DNA of 64,000 bases from Candidatus Bathyarchaeota archaeon. GTDB taxonomy: Archaea > Thermoproteota > Bathyarchaeia > Bathyarchaeales > Bathycorpusculaceae. Location: the NCBI GenBank assembly GCA_963770935.1, contig CAVYRJ010000004.1, positions 32,001 to 96,000 of the forward strand, given 5' to 3'. The position numbers and the translations under genes were made by a program. Below are positions 27,796 through 39,688 of this stretch, in pieces (within the stretch, counting starts at the first letter, position 1; each line of letters starts with the position of its first letter). The notes under the pieces are model-generated. The model was not told where the DNA came from, ran no database searches, and worked only from the letters and a program-made list of their open reading frames with translations.

Positions 27796-29058
27796 TTGAT
27801 AGTTTTTGAAATCATTTCCATAATATTGCTGTCAGTATTGCTTTTTTGGACAATCTACAATGGCTCCATAATATACATAGGAATAAGAAGTAAACGCAAA
27901 CAACTGTCTATGCCAACAGTTAACAAAAATGCTGAACTTCCAAAATTTTCAATCATCATCCCGACAAAAAATGAGGAAATCGTTATCCGACGCTGCCTCG
28001 ACGGCATCCTTAATACAGATTATCCGAAAGAAAAAATGCAAATAATAGTAGTAGACGGAAAATCTGATGACAATACACGCAAAATATGCTCAGAGTTTTC
28101 CGAGAAATATCCCGAAAACATCAAAGTTATTTGCGAAAAAACAGCGAAAGGCAAGCCAGCAGCACTCAACCTTGCCCTGACATACGTTACCGGCGAAATA
28201 GTTGGCGTTTTTGACGCGGACAGCCTTCCAGAAAAGGACGTACTATCAAAAGTTGCCTTCTACTTTGCCGATAAAAAAGTAATGGCTCTACAAGGAAGAA
28301 CAATTTCACTAAACGAAAAAAGCAACGTTCTCACAAGAGTCATCGCCGCGGAAGAAAAAGCATGGTTCCAAGCGCTACTTAGTGGAAGAGAAAAACTACA
28401 ACTATTCGTTCCTCTAACTGGAAGCTGCCAATTTGTAAGACGCAACGTAGTTGATGAATTAAACGGCTGGGACGAGGATTCCCTAACCGAAGATGTAGAA
28501 TTTGCATTAAGACTAGTCGAAAAGAAACATCTCATCAAATATGCTCCCGATGTTTGCTCAGGACAGGAAACACCGAACAGCCTAGGCCCCCTAGTTAAGC
28601 AACGAGTTCGCTGGTACAGAGGATATATGGAAACAGCCATAAAATACGGGCGTCTTCTTGATACGCTAAATAAAAGAACTGTGGATGCGGAAATTTCTAT
28701 GGCAGGACCGTTTATGATGGTTGTGTCACTGCTTAGCTATATAAACTGGTTCTTTTTAGCGCTTTTCCTTTCTCAAAACACTCCAATCATAAACTTTACT
28801 GGACTCGTTATAGCCTTAACTGCCGTATCGCTATTCACGATTGGTATTGCCTTAACTGCATCAGAGCGTCCTTATAGACTGCGCAATCTTCTTTGGATCC
28901 CTTCTATTTACGTTTACTGGATTATTCAAATGTTCATCGCAGGATTTGCATTTCTAAAACTTATATTTAGACGGAAAAGAGATTGGTCAAAAACAGTTAA
29001 AAAAGGTTCTTTTGCTCCAAATGACGCTCCAAGCAGTGGTCTATTCCTAAATAAATGA
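27796..29058 (+). CDS. Processive GT2 glycosyltransferase (cellulose synthase/PgaC-like)
   Basis: SIIIP..NEE, GK..ALN, FDADS, LTED, QRVRW motif; TM helices at both ends. Confidence 0.9.
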   Translation: MIVFEIISIILLSVLLFWTIYNGSIIYIGIRSKRKQLSMPTVNKNAELPKFSIIIPTKNEEIVIRRCLDGILNTDYPKEKMQIIVVDGKSDDNTRKICSEFSEKYPENIKVICEKTAKGKPAALNLALTYVTGEIVGVFDADSLPEKDVLSKVAFYFADKKVMALQGRTISLNEKSNVLTRVIAAEEKAWFQALLSGREKLQLFVPLTGSCQFVRRNVVDELNGWDEDSLTEDVEFALRLVEKKHLIKYAPDVCSGQETPNSLGPLVKQRVRWYRGYMETAIKYGRLLDTLNKRTVDAEISMAGPFMMVVSLLSYINWFFLALFLSQNTPIINFTGLVIALTAVSLFTIGIALTASERPYRLRNLLWIPSIYVYWIIQMFIAGFAFLKLIFRRKRDWSKTVKKGSFAPNDAPSSGLFLNK

Positions 29059-29223
29059 TTTAATCTCAAGGGAGACAAAGGTGCGTCCAAATTGAACTTC
29101 AATAAATTTCTTTTAATCAATTGGCAAAATGAAATATAATTAGTTTTTTTAGCGCAAGGCATTTAGCAGGCGCTCAACAGTTTATAAACCAATAATTTCC
29201 TTCGTGTCTTTGGAGACTAAAAG

Positions 29224-30739
29224 GTGGGTCAGGCTCTCAACTCAATTAAAAGTCGGTTTCGCCAATATGGATATCTTATTTTTCCATTATTGGCATTTGC
29301 TATACCAATAGCTGTGCGAGCCATACCTGAAATATTGATGGGTCAATTCTTGGTTGGATTTGACACGATGGGCTATTATGTGCCAAATACAATTGCATGG
29401 TTAAGAAGTGGTGTTAGTTTTTGGGCTTTAATTTCATCCGCTCCTCTACTCTACATACTGCTAATGGGCGCTACTTCCATTGGAGCTTCAATTGTTATTA
29501 TCCTAAAAATAATGGGTCCTTTAATTCTAGGTCTTCTAGGATTAGCAGCCTACCTCTACGCCAATAAAGCCTTATTGTGGTCATCCAAAAAAAGCCTGAT
29601 TGTGGCCATCCTTTCCACATTGTATTTTGTAGCCTTAAGAATATCATGGGATATGTTTCGAAGCGAAATAGCATTAATTTTCCTGTTTTTAACCCTAACT
29701 ATTCTTCAAAAAAATGGGCACAGCCTAAGAAATGCCTTTTTGCTTTCGTTAACGATGGCTTTGGTTGTTTTTTCCCACCAACTTATCGCAATTATTATGT
29801 TTGCAATAATAATTGCAACAATAGCAAATACTGTCACTGAAAAAGAAAAAAGCCGAATTAAAAAGAATTATCATCTGCTCTATTCCCGCTACCTTTCTGC
29901 TTCTCTTAATAATTTACATCAACTACTTTGTTTTTTCATCACCAATTCTGGGTTATTCGATCAATTACTCTGGAGGGTTTGAAGGACTCGCTACTATTTC
30001 TCACATAAACTTAATTTTAGAAACTCTAGGATTCCTTGCATTCTGCTACTTGCCACTAGTTCCTCTGCTTATCTTTGGCTTTAGAAAGCTAAAGACCAAT
30101 TTTCAACTTAAAGCTTGGATAATTTGGCTATTCATTCCATTATTATTAATAATAATTAGTCCAAACTCTTTTTTTATAGGAGGGGTTCTTCCATTCCGTT
30201 GGATTCTACTATTAACTTACCCTCTGTCTTTCTATGCTGTTGAAGGCCTTTTCGCCATCAAATGGAATTGGTACAAAATTATTTACAAGATCGCAGTCGG
30301 CTTCATTTTAGTGCTATTAAGTGTTAGTTTTCTAGTTTTGCCCAACAGTGGCGCGCTTGAATACTTTGGTGGTTATCCAACGTATGTGCCAAAATCAATG
30401 CTGCAGAATACTTTGCAGTTAAGCGATTGCCAGGATACTGTTAACGCGCTACTTTGGGCACGAAATAACCTACCCGGCAATGGGCACTTGCTTGTTCATG
30501 AAGTCTTTTACGGTTGGGCAATTCTAAGTTTTGATAACAACCGATTAAATCCATACTTCTTCGGAAATTTGACCGATGTAACTAACACGTTGAAAGAAGA
30601 CAATTCCACAAGTGCCCTGTATCTGATTTGGTGGGTTAACGGCACCGGGTGGTACGGACAACTAAATGTGCCTTCAGAATTCAAGGAACTCTACCATTCC
30701 GGAAACATTGCCTTATACAAATTCTCTTCAGATAGTTAA
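29224..30739 (+). CDS. Multi-pass membrane protein (GT-C-like), frameshift near 29830
   Basis: GFDT.GYY motif after the first TM; ORFs 29224-29982 and 30050-30739 join through an open frame from ~29838. Confidence 0.65.
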
Positions 30740-30879
30740 AACATGAGCAAAATCAATTTTAAGATTAAAACATGTAATATGTTCATGACCGTGATCTTTT
30801 TGGGAAACTTGCAAATATGGGTAAATGTTAAAAGCAATCAAGTGATTAACCTTCAACAAAAGAAAGTCTGACATCGATT

Positions 30880-31143
30880 GTGACAGAATTCTCCAAATGC
30901 TTTAATCAAGTTCAGCAAGTGGTTAGGCGACATACTAACGGTAACTGGGGTTTTCCCTTTATAGGTGGGTTTATTGTGCTCTTGTGTACTGCAGCAGTTC
31001 TATTGGCTGCTGGATGGGCTTCAGTTGCTGAAGTAACCGCAACCTGTGCCTATTTAGCACTAGCTGTCGGCGTTGTATTACAGCTTATCTGCCTCGGAAA
31101 AAACAGAGTAAAAAATGGAGGTGTGTTACATGGGTCAGGTTGA
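30880..31143 (+). CDS. Small two-TM membrane protein
   Basis: NWG.PFI.GF..LL, A..AY.AL.VGVVLQL; overlaps the start of the next gene. Confidence 0.6.
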   Translation: MTEFSKCFNQVQQVVRRHTNGNWGFPFIGGFIVLLCTAAVLLAAGWASVAEVTATCAYLALAVGVVLQLICLGKNRVKNGGVLHGSG

Positions 31144-31876
31144 ATTGTCATTCGTTATTCCCGCTTACAACGAAGAAGTTTTTATCGAGAATACACTCGG
31201 CACATTAGATTTAGCTATTAAGGAAAAAGTGGTCCAATATGAAATCGTTGTAGTTGATGATGGAAGCAGAGATAAAACCTTTACTAAAGCAATGAAATAT
31301 GCAAAAAGAAATGGTCATGTCAAGGTTATTCGTTATGACAGAAATGTCGGAAAAGGGTTCGCAATTAAAACTGGTGTATTGAATTCAGTCGGAGATGCGG
31401 TAATTTTTATCGATGGCGACATGGAAATTGATCTGAATACTGTTTCTACATATGTCAAAGCTTTGAAGTTTGCTGATATAGTTATTGCCACAAAATGGCA
31501 TCCAGATTCCTTGGTTTCAATGCCTTTTAGTCGAAAGATAATGAGTCGAACTTTTAATGTTTTAGTAAGAATACTGACAGGGTTCAGTCTCAAAGATACT
31601 CAGGTTGGCTTAAAAGTCATGAACAGGAGGGCTGTAGATATTATTTTCCCCAAATTGGCGGTTAAACGTTACGCCTTCGACGTTGAACTGCTAACGGTAG
31701 CTAAATTAAGCGATCTGAAAGTTGTAGAGATGCCAGTTAAACTAAAATTAGCCTCTTCCTTTAAACCTAAAGACACTTGGCACATGTTTATCGATTTGCT
31801 CGGAATCGCCTACAGGCTAAGAATAATCCGCTGGTACCAACGTCAAATCTCTCCTAAAAACAATTTGAGAAAATAG
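31130..31876 (+). CDS. GT2 dolichol-phosphate glycosyltransferase-like
   Basis: SFVIPAYNEE, VDDGSRD.T, GKG.A, FIDGD, DTQ.GLK, FDVELL; GGAGGTG RBS. Confidence 0.9.
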   Translation: MGQVELSFVIPAYNEEVFIENTLGTLDLAIKEKVVQYEIVVVDDGSRDKTFTKAMKYAKRNGHVKVIRYDRNVGKGFAIKTGVLNSVGDAVIFIDGDMEIDLNTVSTYVKALKFADIVIATKWHPDSLVSMPFSRKIMSRTFNVLVRILTGFSLKDTQVGLKVMNRRAVDIIFPKLAVKRYAFDVELLTVAKLSDLKVVEMPVKLKLASSFKPKDTWHMFIDLLGIAYRLRIIRWYQRQISPKNNLRK

Positions 31877-31888
31877 GCTTCTTTCAAA

Positions 31889-32980
31889 GTGAACTTCATG
31901 AAAATACTTTGGCTAAATTGGCGTTGCTGGCTCAACCCAGCGATGGGGGGTGCCGAAGTTTTTACCTATGAAGTAGCTAAACGATGGGCTACCTATGGGC
32001 ATGATGTTACCTTGTTTACTTCAAAATTTCCAGACTCCAAAAACGAAGAAACAGTTGATGGCGTTAAAATCGTCAGGGCAGGCGGACGATTTACGGTTTA
32101 TCGCCAAGCGAAACGATTCTATTCGAAGAATTTTAGAAAAGAAAGATTCGACATTATTATCGATGAAATTAATACTCAACCCTTTTTTGCTCCAAAGTTT
32201 GCAAAAAACGGTGAGAAGGTTATCGCTTTGATTCATCAGTTAGCAAGGGAATTCTGGTTTTTTGAAACTCCCTTTCCAGTTAGTTACGTAGGTTATCATT
32301 TTCTTGAGAATCGCTGGTTAAAACAATACATTAACGTGCCTACAATAACTGTTTCTGAGAGTACGCGTAGCGATTTGTTAAAATTAGGTTTTAAGCATGT
32401 TTCGGTTGTACCTGAGGGTCTGAATTTTGAGCCATTGAATATTTTATCCGAAAAAGATTCTAATCCAATTGTGGTTTTCTCAGGTCGTTTGAAGCGTGCT
32501 AAGCGACCCGACCATGCGATTAAAGCTTTTGCAATCTTGAAGGAGAAGGTTCCAAATGCACAGTTATGGGTTTTTGGAGACGGTCCATTTAGGAAAAATC
32601 TTGAAGGAATCTCTAGTGAAGGGGTCCATTTTTTTGGAAGCTTGAGTAGTTTACAGCGAAGAGAGTTGTTAAGTAAAAGTTGGATCTTGATTGTTCCCGG
32701 GTTACGTGAGGGTTGGGGATTAAACATTATTGAAGCTAACGCTTTAGGGGTGGCTGCAGTTGCGTATGATGTTCCTGGGTTATGCGATAGCGTTAGAAAT
32801 AATGAAACAGGACTGCTGGCGGAAGGCGGCAACATCAAGGATCTTGCAGAAAAAACTCTTAGTGTAATAACCAATAATCTGCTAAGGAAAAAGCTTAGCC
32901 TAAATGCGCTAAATTACTCTAAACAATTTAGCTGGGACAAAACAGCTGACGAATTCATGAAGCTGATAACTAATGAATGA
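31889..32980 (+). CDS. GT4 glycosyltransferase
   Basis: GGAE, GRL...K, EGWGL..IEA...G...VAYDVPGL.D. Confidence 0.9.
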   Translation: MNFMKILWLNWRCWLNPAMGGAEVFTYEVAKRWATYGHDVTLFTSKFPDSKNEETVDGVKIVRAGGRFTVYRQAKRFYSKNFRKERFDIIIDEINTQPFFAPKFAKNGEKVIALIHQLAREFWFFETPFPVSYVGYHFLENRWLKQYINVPTITVSESTRSDLLKLGFKHVSVVPEGLNFEPLNILSEKDSNPIVVFSGRLKRAKRPDHAIKAFAILKEKVPNAQLWVFGDGPFRKNLEGISSEGVHFFGSLSSLQRRELLSKSWILIVPGLREGWGLNIIEANALGVAAVAYDVPGLCDSVRNNETGLLAEGGNIKDLAEKTLSVITNNLLRKKLSLNALNYSKQFSWDKTADEFMKLITNE

Positions 32981-34013
32981 CACTCCATTGGTTTTTGTTA
33001 TTGTAATAAATTACAATGGCCTAAAATACCTAAAGACCTGTCTGTCGTCCCTTGACCAACAAACATATCCCAACTATAAAATAATAGTTTTTGACAATGC
33101 TTCAACCGACAACTCAGCAGAATTTATTAAACAAAATTTTCCCAAAATAAAACTTATCCAAGCCAAAAGTAATCTTGGCTTTGCCGAAGGAAACAATTTA
33201 GCAATAAAGTTTGCCCTTAATCAAAATGCTGAATATGTTTTTTTAGTTAATAATGACACGGACGCCGAAGATGACTTGATTGAGAAGTTGATTGTTACCT
33301 GTAAAAGTGATGAATCCATTGGCATTGCGGGTCCAGCAGTATTTGACCTTAAAAATAGACGCTCAATACAAGAAATGGGAATGTCTATAGATAGATTTGG
33401 GTATGCTTTTGCACTAAAAAATAAGCAAGATGTTTCATTTACCTTTTTTGTTTCAGGCTGCGCAATGATGATAAAGTCAGAATTAATAAGAACAATAGGC
33501 TCATTTGATGAAAAATATTTCATGTTTGCAGAAGACTTGGATCTTTGTTGGCGGGCACAGCTTGCAGGGCATAAAATAGCGGTAAATGATCATGCTAAAA
33601 TTTTTCATGCAAGTGGCGGCAGTATTTCAGGGGGCGTCGTTAAGGAGTTAAGCTACAAAACTAGCGTCCAAAGAATTTTTTTAAGGGAAAAAAACACATT
33701 AAGAACTCTAATTAAAAACTACGGCACATTTAATATGATTAAAACTGTTCCTTTTTATGTTTCCTTGGTTTTGTTTGAATCTATTTTTTGGGTTTCCGTT
33801 CTTAAACCTATTACTTCAAAAAATATTTTGAAGGCGATTTTTTGGAATATCAAGGTTCTTCCAGATACCTTTAAGCAAAGAGCCCGTGTCCAAAGCATCC
33901 GCCGAATAGATGATCGTGAAATCACTAAAAAAATGGTCAGTGGCTATTACAAATTAAGCATTTTCCGAACTATAGGCGTTCCAGATTTCACTGTTTCCCA
34001 GAATCAACCGTAA
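32973..34013 (+). CDS. GT2 glycosyltransferase (rhamnosyltransferase-like)
   Basis: VINYNG, DNAS.D, NLGFAEGNN, NND, GC.MM, F..AEDLDLCWR. Confidence 0.9.
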   Translation: MNDTPLVFVIVINYNGLKYLKTCLSSLDQQTYPNYKIIVFDNASTDNSAEFIKQNFPKIKLIQAKSNLGFAEGNNLAIKFALNQNAEYVFLVNNDTDAEDDLIEKLIVTCKSDESIGIAGPAVFDLKNRRSIQEMGMSIDRFGYAFALKNKQDVSFTFFVSGCAMMIKSELIRTIGSFDEKYFMFAEDLDLCWRAQLAGHKIAVNDHAKIFHASGGSISGGVVKELSYKTSVQRIFLREKNTLRTLIKNYGTFNMIKTVPFYVSLVLFESIFWVSVLKPITSKNILKAIFWNIKVLPDTFKQRARVQSIRRIDDREITKKMVSGYYKLSIFRTIGVPDFTVSQNQP

Positions 34014-34117
34014 GAATTTTGCAGATATTCTAAGGTTTCTTCTTCTTAATGCAAAACACGATGTTCTTATATAGATTACACGCATAAAACTGGATAAGAT
34101 TCCCCGAAAGGTTCTTG

Positions 34118-36846
34118 ATGATGAAAAAGCTTACTGCCATTAGGAATAGTCATACTGTTCTTCGCAGGCTTAGTTCCGCTTTTATGGTTAAAACCTGATT
34201 TCATTATCAGCAATGGAGACAATATTCCACCATCCCTGAACGCTGATAAAACTTTCAGTTCTTCAGCAAGCATGTGGTCGCCTGATTACCTTGGATACGC
34301 CAGTCCCGATCCTGCTTATCTTCTAAACACTTATTTCGCCGCTTTTCTAGGGAATTTGGGAATAAGTGTGGGTTATGTTCAGATATTATTCCAAATATTG
34401 CTGTACATGGGCGCCGGCTTTGCAATGTATTTCTTCTCAAAAACAATATATTCAGACAACAAAATCGCCCCGTTTTTTGCCGCCTTCTTCTACATGTTCA
34501 ATTTTTTTATTTTAAACAGCAGGTTCAACCTCGGGTTTGCATGGCTTTACACTTTTCTTCCGTTTCTTTTAGCCTTATTTGTCAGAATTGTAAATGCATC
34601 TTACAGGCAGGATAAGAAATCAGCAAACGTAGGAGTAATTTTTTTTGCATTTGTATCGGTTGTGGCATTATCTGTGGCAAGCATTAACCCAGCAAATATT
34701 GCATTGTTTCTTTTTGCTTTGACAGTTTTTGCCGTTTACTTTCTAATTAAGCACAGAAAAAACTTGCTGCCTTTCCTATTTGCAGTAGGCAAAATAATAG
34801 CAGTCACAATCCCAATAAACATCTGGTGGATGTACCCAATGCTGAACACCTTCTTTTTTTCTCCTGCAGGACTAAATTCCCAAGTAAACGTTGCCTCTTG
34901 GAGTTGGACGCATGAGCGGGCATCTTTTTTGAACTTGTTCTGGTTTAATGGAACTTGGGGTTGGTTACCTGAGTATGTGCAGCAATGGATTATTGACTAT
35001 TACAATTATCCTGTCATTGCAGTATTGATGTTTGTTCCCTTTATTACCGCAGCAGTTGCATTGCTCTTTAAAAGTAACAAGTCGCGTTTCAACGCTTACA
35101 TCATGGCTTGTATTCTTATCTTTATTTTCTTAGCAACAGGTTTGCATGACCCTATTGCCCAACTCGTCAATTCACAACTCTATCAGCATATTCCTTTAAT
35201 GAGCATGTTTAGAGAACCTGCCTCCAAGTTCACTCTACTGGCTATTCCTTTTTTGGCTCTACTCATCGGATATGCTGCTGACAAAATAGCGAACATTAAA
35301 TTAAACGTAAGTCCCAAAAACTTAAAGTTGGCTAAAATTTTCGTTTTATTATTCTTAGCCTCCAGTTTTATAGTCTCTTCTATACCCATTTTTACACCAA
35401 GTTCTTTGGGCGGGTTTGTGGGCACGTCTTCATATGTCCAAATTCCTCAATACTGGTTTCAAGCATCAAACTGGATAAACAATCAACCTGGTGACTGGAA
35501 GATTCTTTTAATGCCACTCAACGACTTCTACCAAATGAATTATTCATGGGGATATTACGGGTCAGATCAGTTGCTTGAGAGGTTTTTTGAAAAACCAATA
35601 GTTTCAACAGCTGCTCTAAATGGGTATATAACCAATGACAATACGTCCAAGGATTTGATGCAAATACGAACCGCAGTAAAATCCAGTAACGTGGATGAAT
35701 TCAAGGCTTTGCTTGATTTATTAAGCATAAAATACATAGTACAGCGAAATGATGTCGTAACCGACATCTACGACACCAACCACGTTCTAGTTTCACTTCA
35801 AGCTGGAAGGAACCTGAAGACTCCCCTTGAGATGCAAACTTTCTTTGCTGAACAATCCAACTACCTTAAACTGGTTAAAAGCTTTGGTCAACTAGACATC
35901 TTATGAGTACACACAAGCTAAGCCTTCGATATATGCCCTATTAACTTCAACGCTGGAGCAGACAGACATTCAAATTTATGAGCGTACTAGCATTAACAAG
36001 ACAATGGATTTTTCAGTCCAAAACGATATTGAAAGTTGGAACTGGATTGCTCCCAGCAAGTCTCAAGCTACCTGTCAAATAAGCCAAAACAATGGTTCGT
36101 TGGAAGCCGAAATGAGGGCTTCACCAAACGCCTCAATAAGAATTGATTCACCCCTGATACAAGTCGAAAACCAAAGCAGGTATGTAATTAAAGCCGAAAT
36201 CTCCGCCAATAACGTTGACCGAGTTGAGTTCAAAATTGCTGAGTACTCGCAAGACAGAACTCTATTGAAAAATTGGTCTTTAGCTCAGAAAGACGATGGA
36301 AATTTTACGTCCTACGATTTAATATCTGAATTTGAACCTCGGACGGAAAATACGAAATATTTGAATATCCAAATATGGAACGATTTTTGGCATGAAACTA
36401 CCCAAGGCAATCTTACGGTGGATAGTCTCAGCGTTACCGGCACCGTTTTTACTTTAAATTCAACAGGACTTGAAAAACTATACGCAAATAGCCCCAATAA
36501 CCCAACGATTTCTAGAATCCAAAACTTAAGCCCCACCAAAATGGTTGTTTCAGTGAATGCAACTCAACCTTTTATTCTCGTAACAGGTCAAGTCCTTGAT
36601 CGATTTTGGGTTGCTTACGTGAATGGTCAGAAAGTCAGCCCCACACCCGTTTACCTAGGCTTGAAGGGTTTCATGCTTAATCAGACTGGACAATTCGATG
36701 TGACTATTGAATATGAGCCTCAGATTGAGTTTAATTATCTCTTAGCATTATCCGGAGCAACTCTGTTAATCTTATGTGTAGGGTTAGTTTATCTAAATAG
36801 GAAATCGGTTAAGGGGCTTATTAAAAAGAAACAAACAAAAGTTTGA
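34118..36846 (+). CDS. Large GT-C-like membrane protein (AftD/YfhO-like) with extracellular domain; frameshifts near 34125 and 35901
   Basis: Many TM helices, FYMFN, MFREP.SKF, IP.YW..A..WIN, L.IKYIV.R.D; C-terminal W.AYVNG...IEY.PQ and TM anchor; the pieces join across single indels. Confidence 0.7.
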
Positions 36847-36858
36847 GATGTAGAAATA

Positions 36859-38031
36859 ATGGGAGTATCTGAAAAATTCTTAGAATTCTTCAAGAAATCT
36901 TCTCACCGTTTCCCAAGGAGACTGTTTCGATTAGCTAATGAGAGCTTTGAAGTTACACGTGGGTACATCTCATCGATCAATTCCAACTCAAAGGTTATTA
37001 AAAAAACCCAAAGACAACTATTGCAGAAAAATTTTGCTCGAAACACAAAAGGCCTGATTATTTTTTTGACCCCGGGAATTGATATGGTTAATGGCGGTAT
37101 CCTCTCCATTACATCACTTTTTGAAGAGACCAAACGCCTCAATTTTCTGCACGGTTCAGAGGTTATTCTTTGTACGTATCCAAGTGATCCTCAATTACTG
37201 AAATATACAAAATTTAAAAATAACAATACTTTATACAATTTTTCCGATGTGTTTCGTTTTTTTAGTAATATTGATAATTTGATAATCCATATTCCTGAAC
37301 ATTTTATTTATCGTTTTTACTGGTTCATCTCTAAAACAGATAGGGCGATTTTAAGCAAGATTAAAAATGTGCAAATCAATATCATGATTCAAAACATTGA
37401 TTATTTACCCTCAAACAGGACCATTATGAAGCTACAAAAATTAGGAAAATTGACCAGTACAACAGCTCACTCCAAATATTCTACAATAGAACTGAAAAAC
37501 AGGCTCGGTTTTCCTTTGCATAAATTGTCAGTTTATGTTAGTCCAGAACAATATTATTTTAGAAAATTTCGTGAAAAAGAAAACTTGATGATTGTTTCAC
37601 CTGATCGGCATCCCAGAAAAATAGAAATTTTAAAATTAATTGAAAAAGAACTGCCGCTTCTAAAAATCAAGATTATCAAAAATCTGACTTATGAGGAGTA
37701 TAAAGAAACTATTTCAAGAGCAAAATGGGCTTTAACTTTCGGCGAAGGCTTAGACGGCTACTTTGTTGAAACAATCTTTAGCGGGGGAATTGGCTTTAGC
37801 GTTTATAATGCAAAATACTTTACGAAGGATTTTGGATCACTGCGTACAGTTTACGGGAGCTACGAGATTTTGATTCAGAACTTATGCAAAGATATTTTGG
37901 AACTTGACGATGAAAAAGCTTATGCCGATTACCAAAACAGACAGTTTGAGCTTTGCAGCAAACGTTACGATTACAGGAATTACCTAAAAAACCTGGAAGC
38001 TTTCTACAAAGGAGAATACACCTACAAATAG
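36859..38031 (+). CDS. Hypothetical glycosyltransferase-like protein
   Basis: NGGILSI N-terminal loop and FGEGLDGYF.E motif reminiscent of GT-B; AT-rich. Confidence 0.6.
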   Translation: MGVSEKFLEFFKKSSHRFPRRLFRLANESFEVTRGYISSINSNSKVIKKTQRQLLQKNFARNTKGLIIFLTPGIDMVNGGILSITSLFEETKRLNFLHGSEVILCTYPSDPQLLKYTKFKNNNTLYNFSDVFRFFSNIDNLIIHIPEHFIYRFYWFISKTDRAILSKIKNVQINIMIQNIDYLPSNRTIMKLQKLGKLTSTTAHSKYSTIELKNRLGFPLHKLSVYVSPEQYYFRKFREKENLMIVSPDRHPRKIEILKLIEKELPLLKIKIIKNLTYEEYKETISRAKWALTFGEGLDGYFVETIFSGGIGFSVYNAKYFTKDFGSLRTVYGSYEILIQNLCKDILELDDEKAYADYQNRQFELCSKRYDYRNYLKNLEAFYKGEYTYK

Positions 38032-38105
38032 CTCGGTAAGCTAATAGGTAAAATTATAAGCAGAAACCTCACAGTAGCAAACGCAGTCTTCATGAAGGTT
38101 GAAAA

Positions 38106-38767
38106 ATGGCTAAAGAAACTTATATTATAGGTGCAGGCGGGTTTGCCAGAGAAACCCTTGACATATACATCGATTTAGGCAGAGAAACAGATGTTCTTGG
38201 GTTTCTGGAAGAAAATTGTCAAAATGACGGATCCATTTTAAACGGGAAGCCAGTTCATGATATATCTTATCTTAATCAAATTAATGGACAAAACAAACCT
38301 TTGGTTAATTGGTGCCATTGGATCAACTAAACGGAAAGAATCTTTTGATGAAACTTGAAAAAGAAGGATACTGCTTTGATACTTTAATTCATCCAAGCGC
38401 AATTAGGTCAAGATGGGTGACGGTTGGGGCAGGTTCTATTGTTACCCCTGGTGTAATTATGACTTGCCAAATCGACATCGGTCGGCATGTAATACTTAAT
38501 TTGGGAACCCAAATAGGTCATGATGTCAGAATAGGTGATTATTCTACACTTTCTCCGGGAGTAGAGGTAATGGGTCATGTCAATTTGGGGGATGAAGTTT
38601 ATGTTGGTACAAATGCTACCATAATTGACCGAATAAAGGTTGGAAACGGAGCAATTATTGCTGCAGGTGCTGTTGTTACAAAAGATGTTCCAGAAATGTC
38701 GCTTGTTGCTGGAGTTCCAGCTGTGGTGAAAAAAGTGTACAAGTCGCGGGAAGAAAAGCCGTGGTGA
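38106..38767 (+). CDS. NeuD/PglD-family sugar acyltransferase, frameshift near 38302
   Basis: IIGAGGFARE Rossmann start, IHPSA, hexapeptide repeats, IAAGAVVTKDVP...VAGVPA. Confidence 0.85.
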
Positions 38768-39636
38768 AGAGAATGGAAATCAAAAAAGTGGCTGTTTTGG
38801 GCGCTGGACAAATGGGATTGAGTATTGCCCAAATTGCTGCGCAGGTAGCCGAATGTGAAGTTTATTTGTATGACATAAAAAAAGATGCCTTAAAAAACGC
38901 TATAGTTACGATAAAGAGAAACCTCCAAACATGCGTAGATAAAGGGAAAATGACTGCTGCAGAATTCAATAAAGTGACAGCTAAGATTCACCCCGTCTTT
39001 GACCTCGAAGCGGCCGTGAAGGTTGCTGAGCTAATCATTGAAGCCGTACCTGAAAATCTCGAAATAAAAAAGGCAGTATTATCCCAAACAGATAGAACCT
39101 CTAAACCAGAGGCTTTCATAGTTTCAAATACATCTTCAATAAGCATCTCTGAATTGGCATCTTCAACAAAGCGGCCTGAAAAATTTGCAGGTATGCACTT
39201 CTTTAATCCTGCTCAAGTCATAAAGCTCGTTGAAGTTGTTAGGGGTGAAAAAACCTCTGACGAGACAGTAGAGGTTATTGTTAGTGCCGCGAAGAAAATG
39301 GGTAAAGATCCTGTGATAATTAGAAAAGACTCTTCTGGTTTTGTGGTTAACCGTATTATCATTTTAGCTCTCAACGAGGCTGCTTCTCTAGTTTGGGAGG
39401 GAGTTGCTAGTCCCGAAGAAGTTGACAAAGCAATCAAGTTAGGCTTGAACTGGCCGATGGGTCCTTTGGCTTTAATTGATTTCATTGGAGTTGACACTGT
39501 TTTATCTATCTGTGAAGTATTGCAGAAAAATCTTGGACCAAAATATTCTCCGTGTCCAATTTTGGCGACAATGGTCAAGAAAGGCACTTTGGGCTGCAAA
39601 ACTGGGAAGGGTTTCTATGATTGGACAAGTCAATGA
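38761..39636 (+). CDS. hbd: 3-hydroxyacyl(butyryl)-CoA dehydrogenase
   Basis: VLGAGQMG.SIA, IEAVPEN..IK, SNTSSISI, GMHFFNPA, GFVVNRI, PMGP..L.D.IG.D, G.KTGKGFY. Confidence 0.92.
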   Translation: MVKRMEIKKVAVLGAGQMGLSIAQIAAQVAECEVYLYDIKKDALKNAIVTIKRNLQTCVDKGKMTAAEFNKVTAKIHPVFDLEAAVKVAELIIEAVPENLEIKKAVLSQTDRTSKPEAFIVSNTSSISISELASSTKRPEKFAGMHFFNPAQVIKLVEVVRGEKTSDETVEVIVSAAKKMGKDPVIIRKDSSGFVVNRIIILALNEAASLVWEGVASPEEVDKAIKLGLNWPMGPLALIDFIGVDTVLSICEVLQKNLGPKYSPCPILATMVKKGTLGCKTGKGFYDWTSQ

Positions 39637-39688
39637 TTAAATAGATTTTTAAAGATGTTGTGTCAAAAAGAAGTGAGCGATTTGCAGC

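Noticed and set aside
29830-29860. Phase-variable poly-A tract in a glycan gene
   Set aside because: The runs are only 5-6 nt, the shift seems to lie just before them, and similar indels occur throughout the window.
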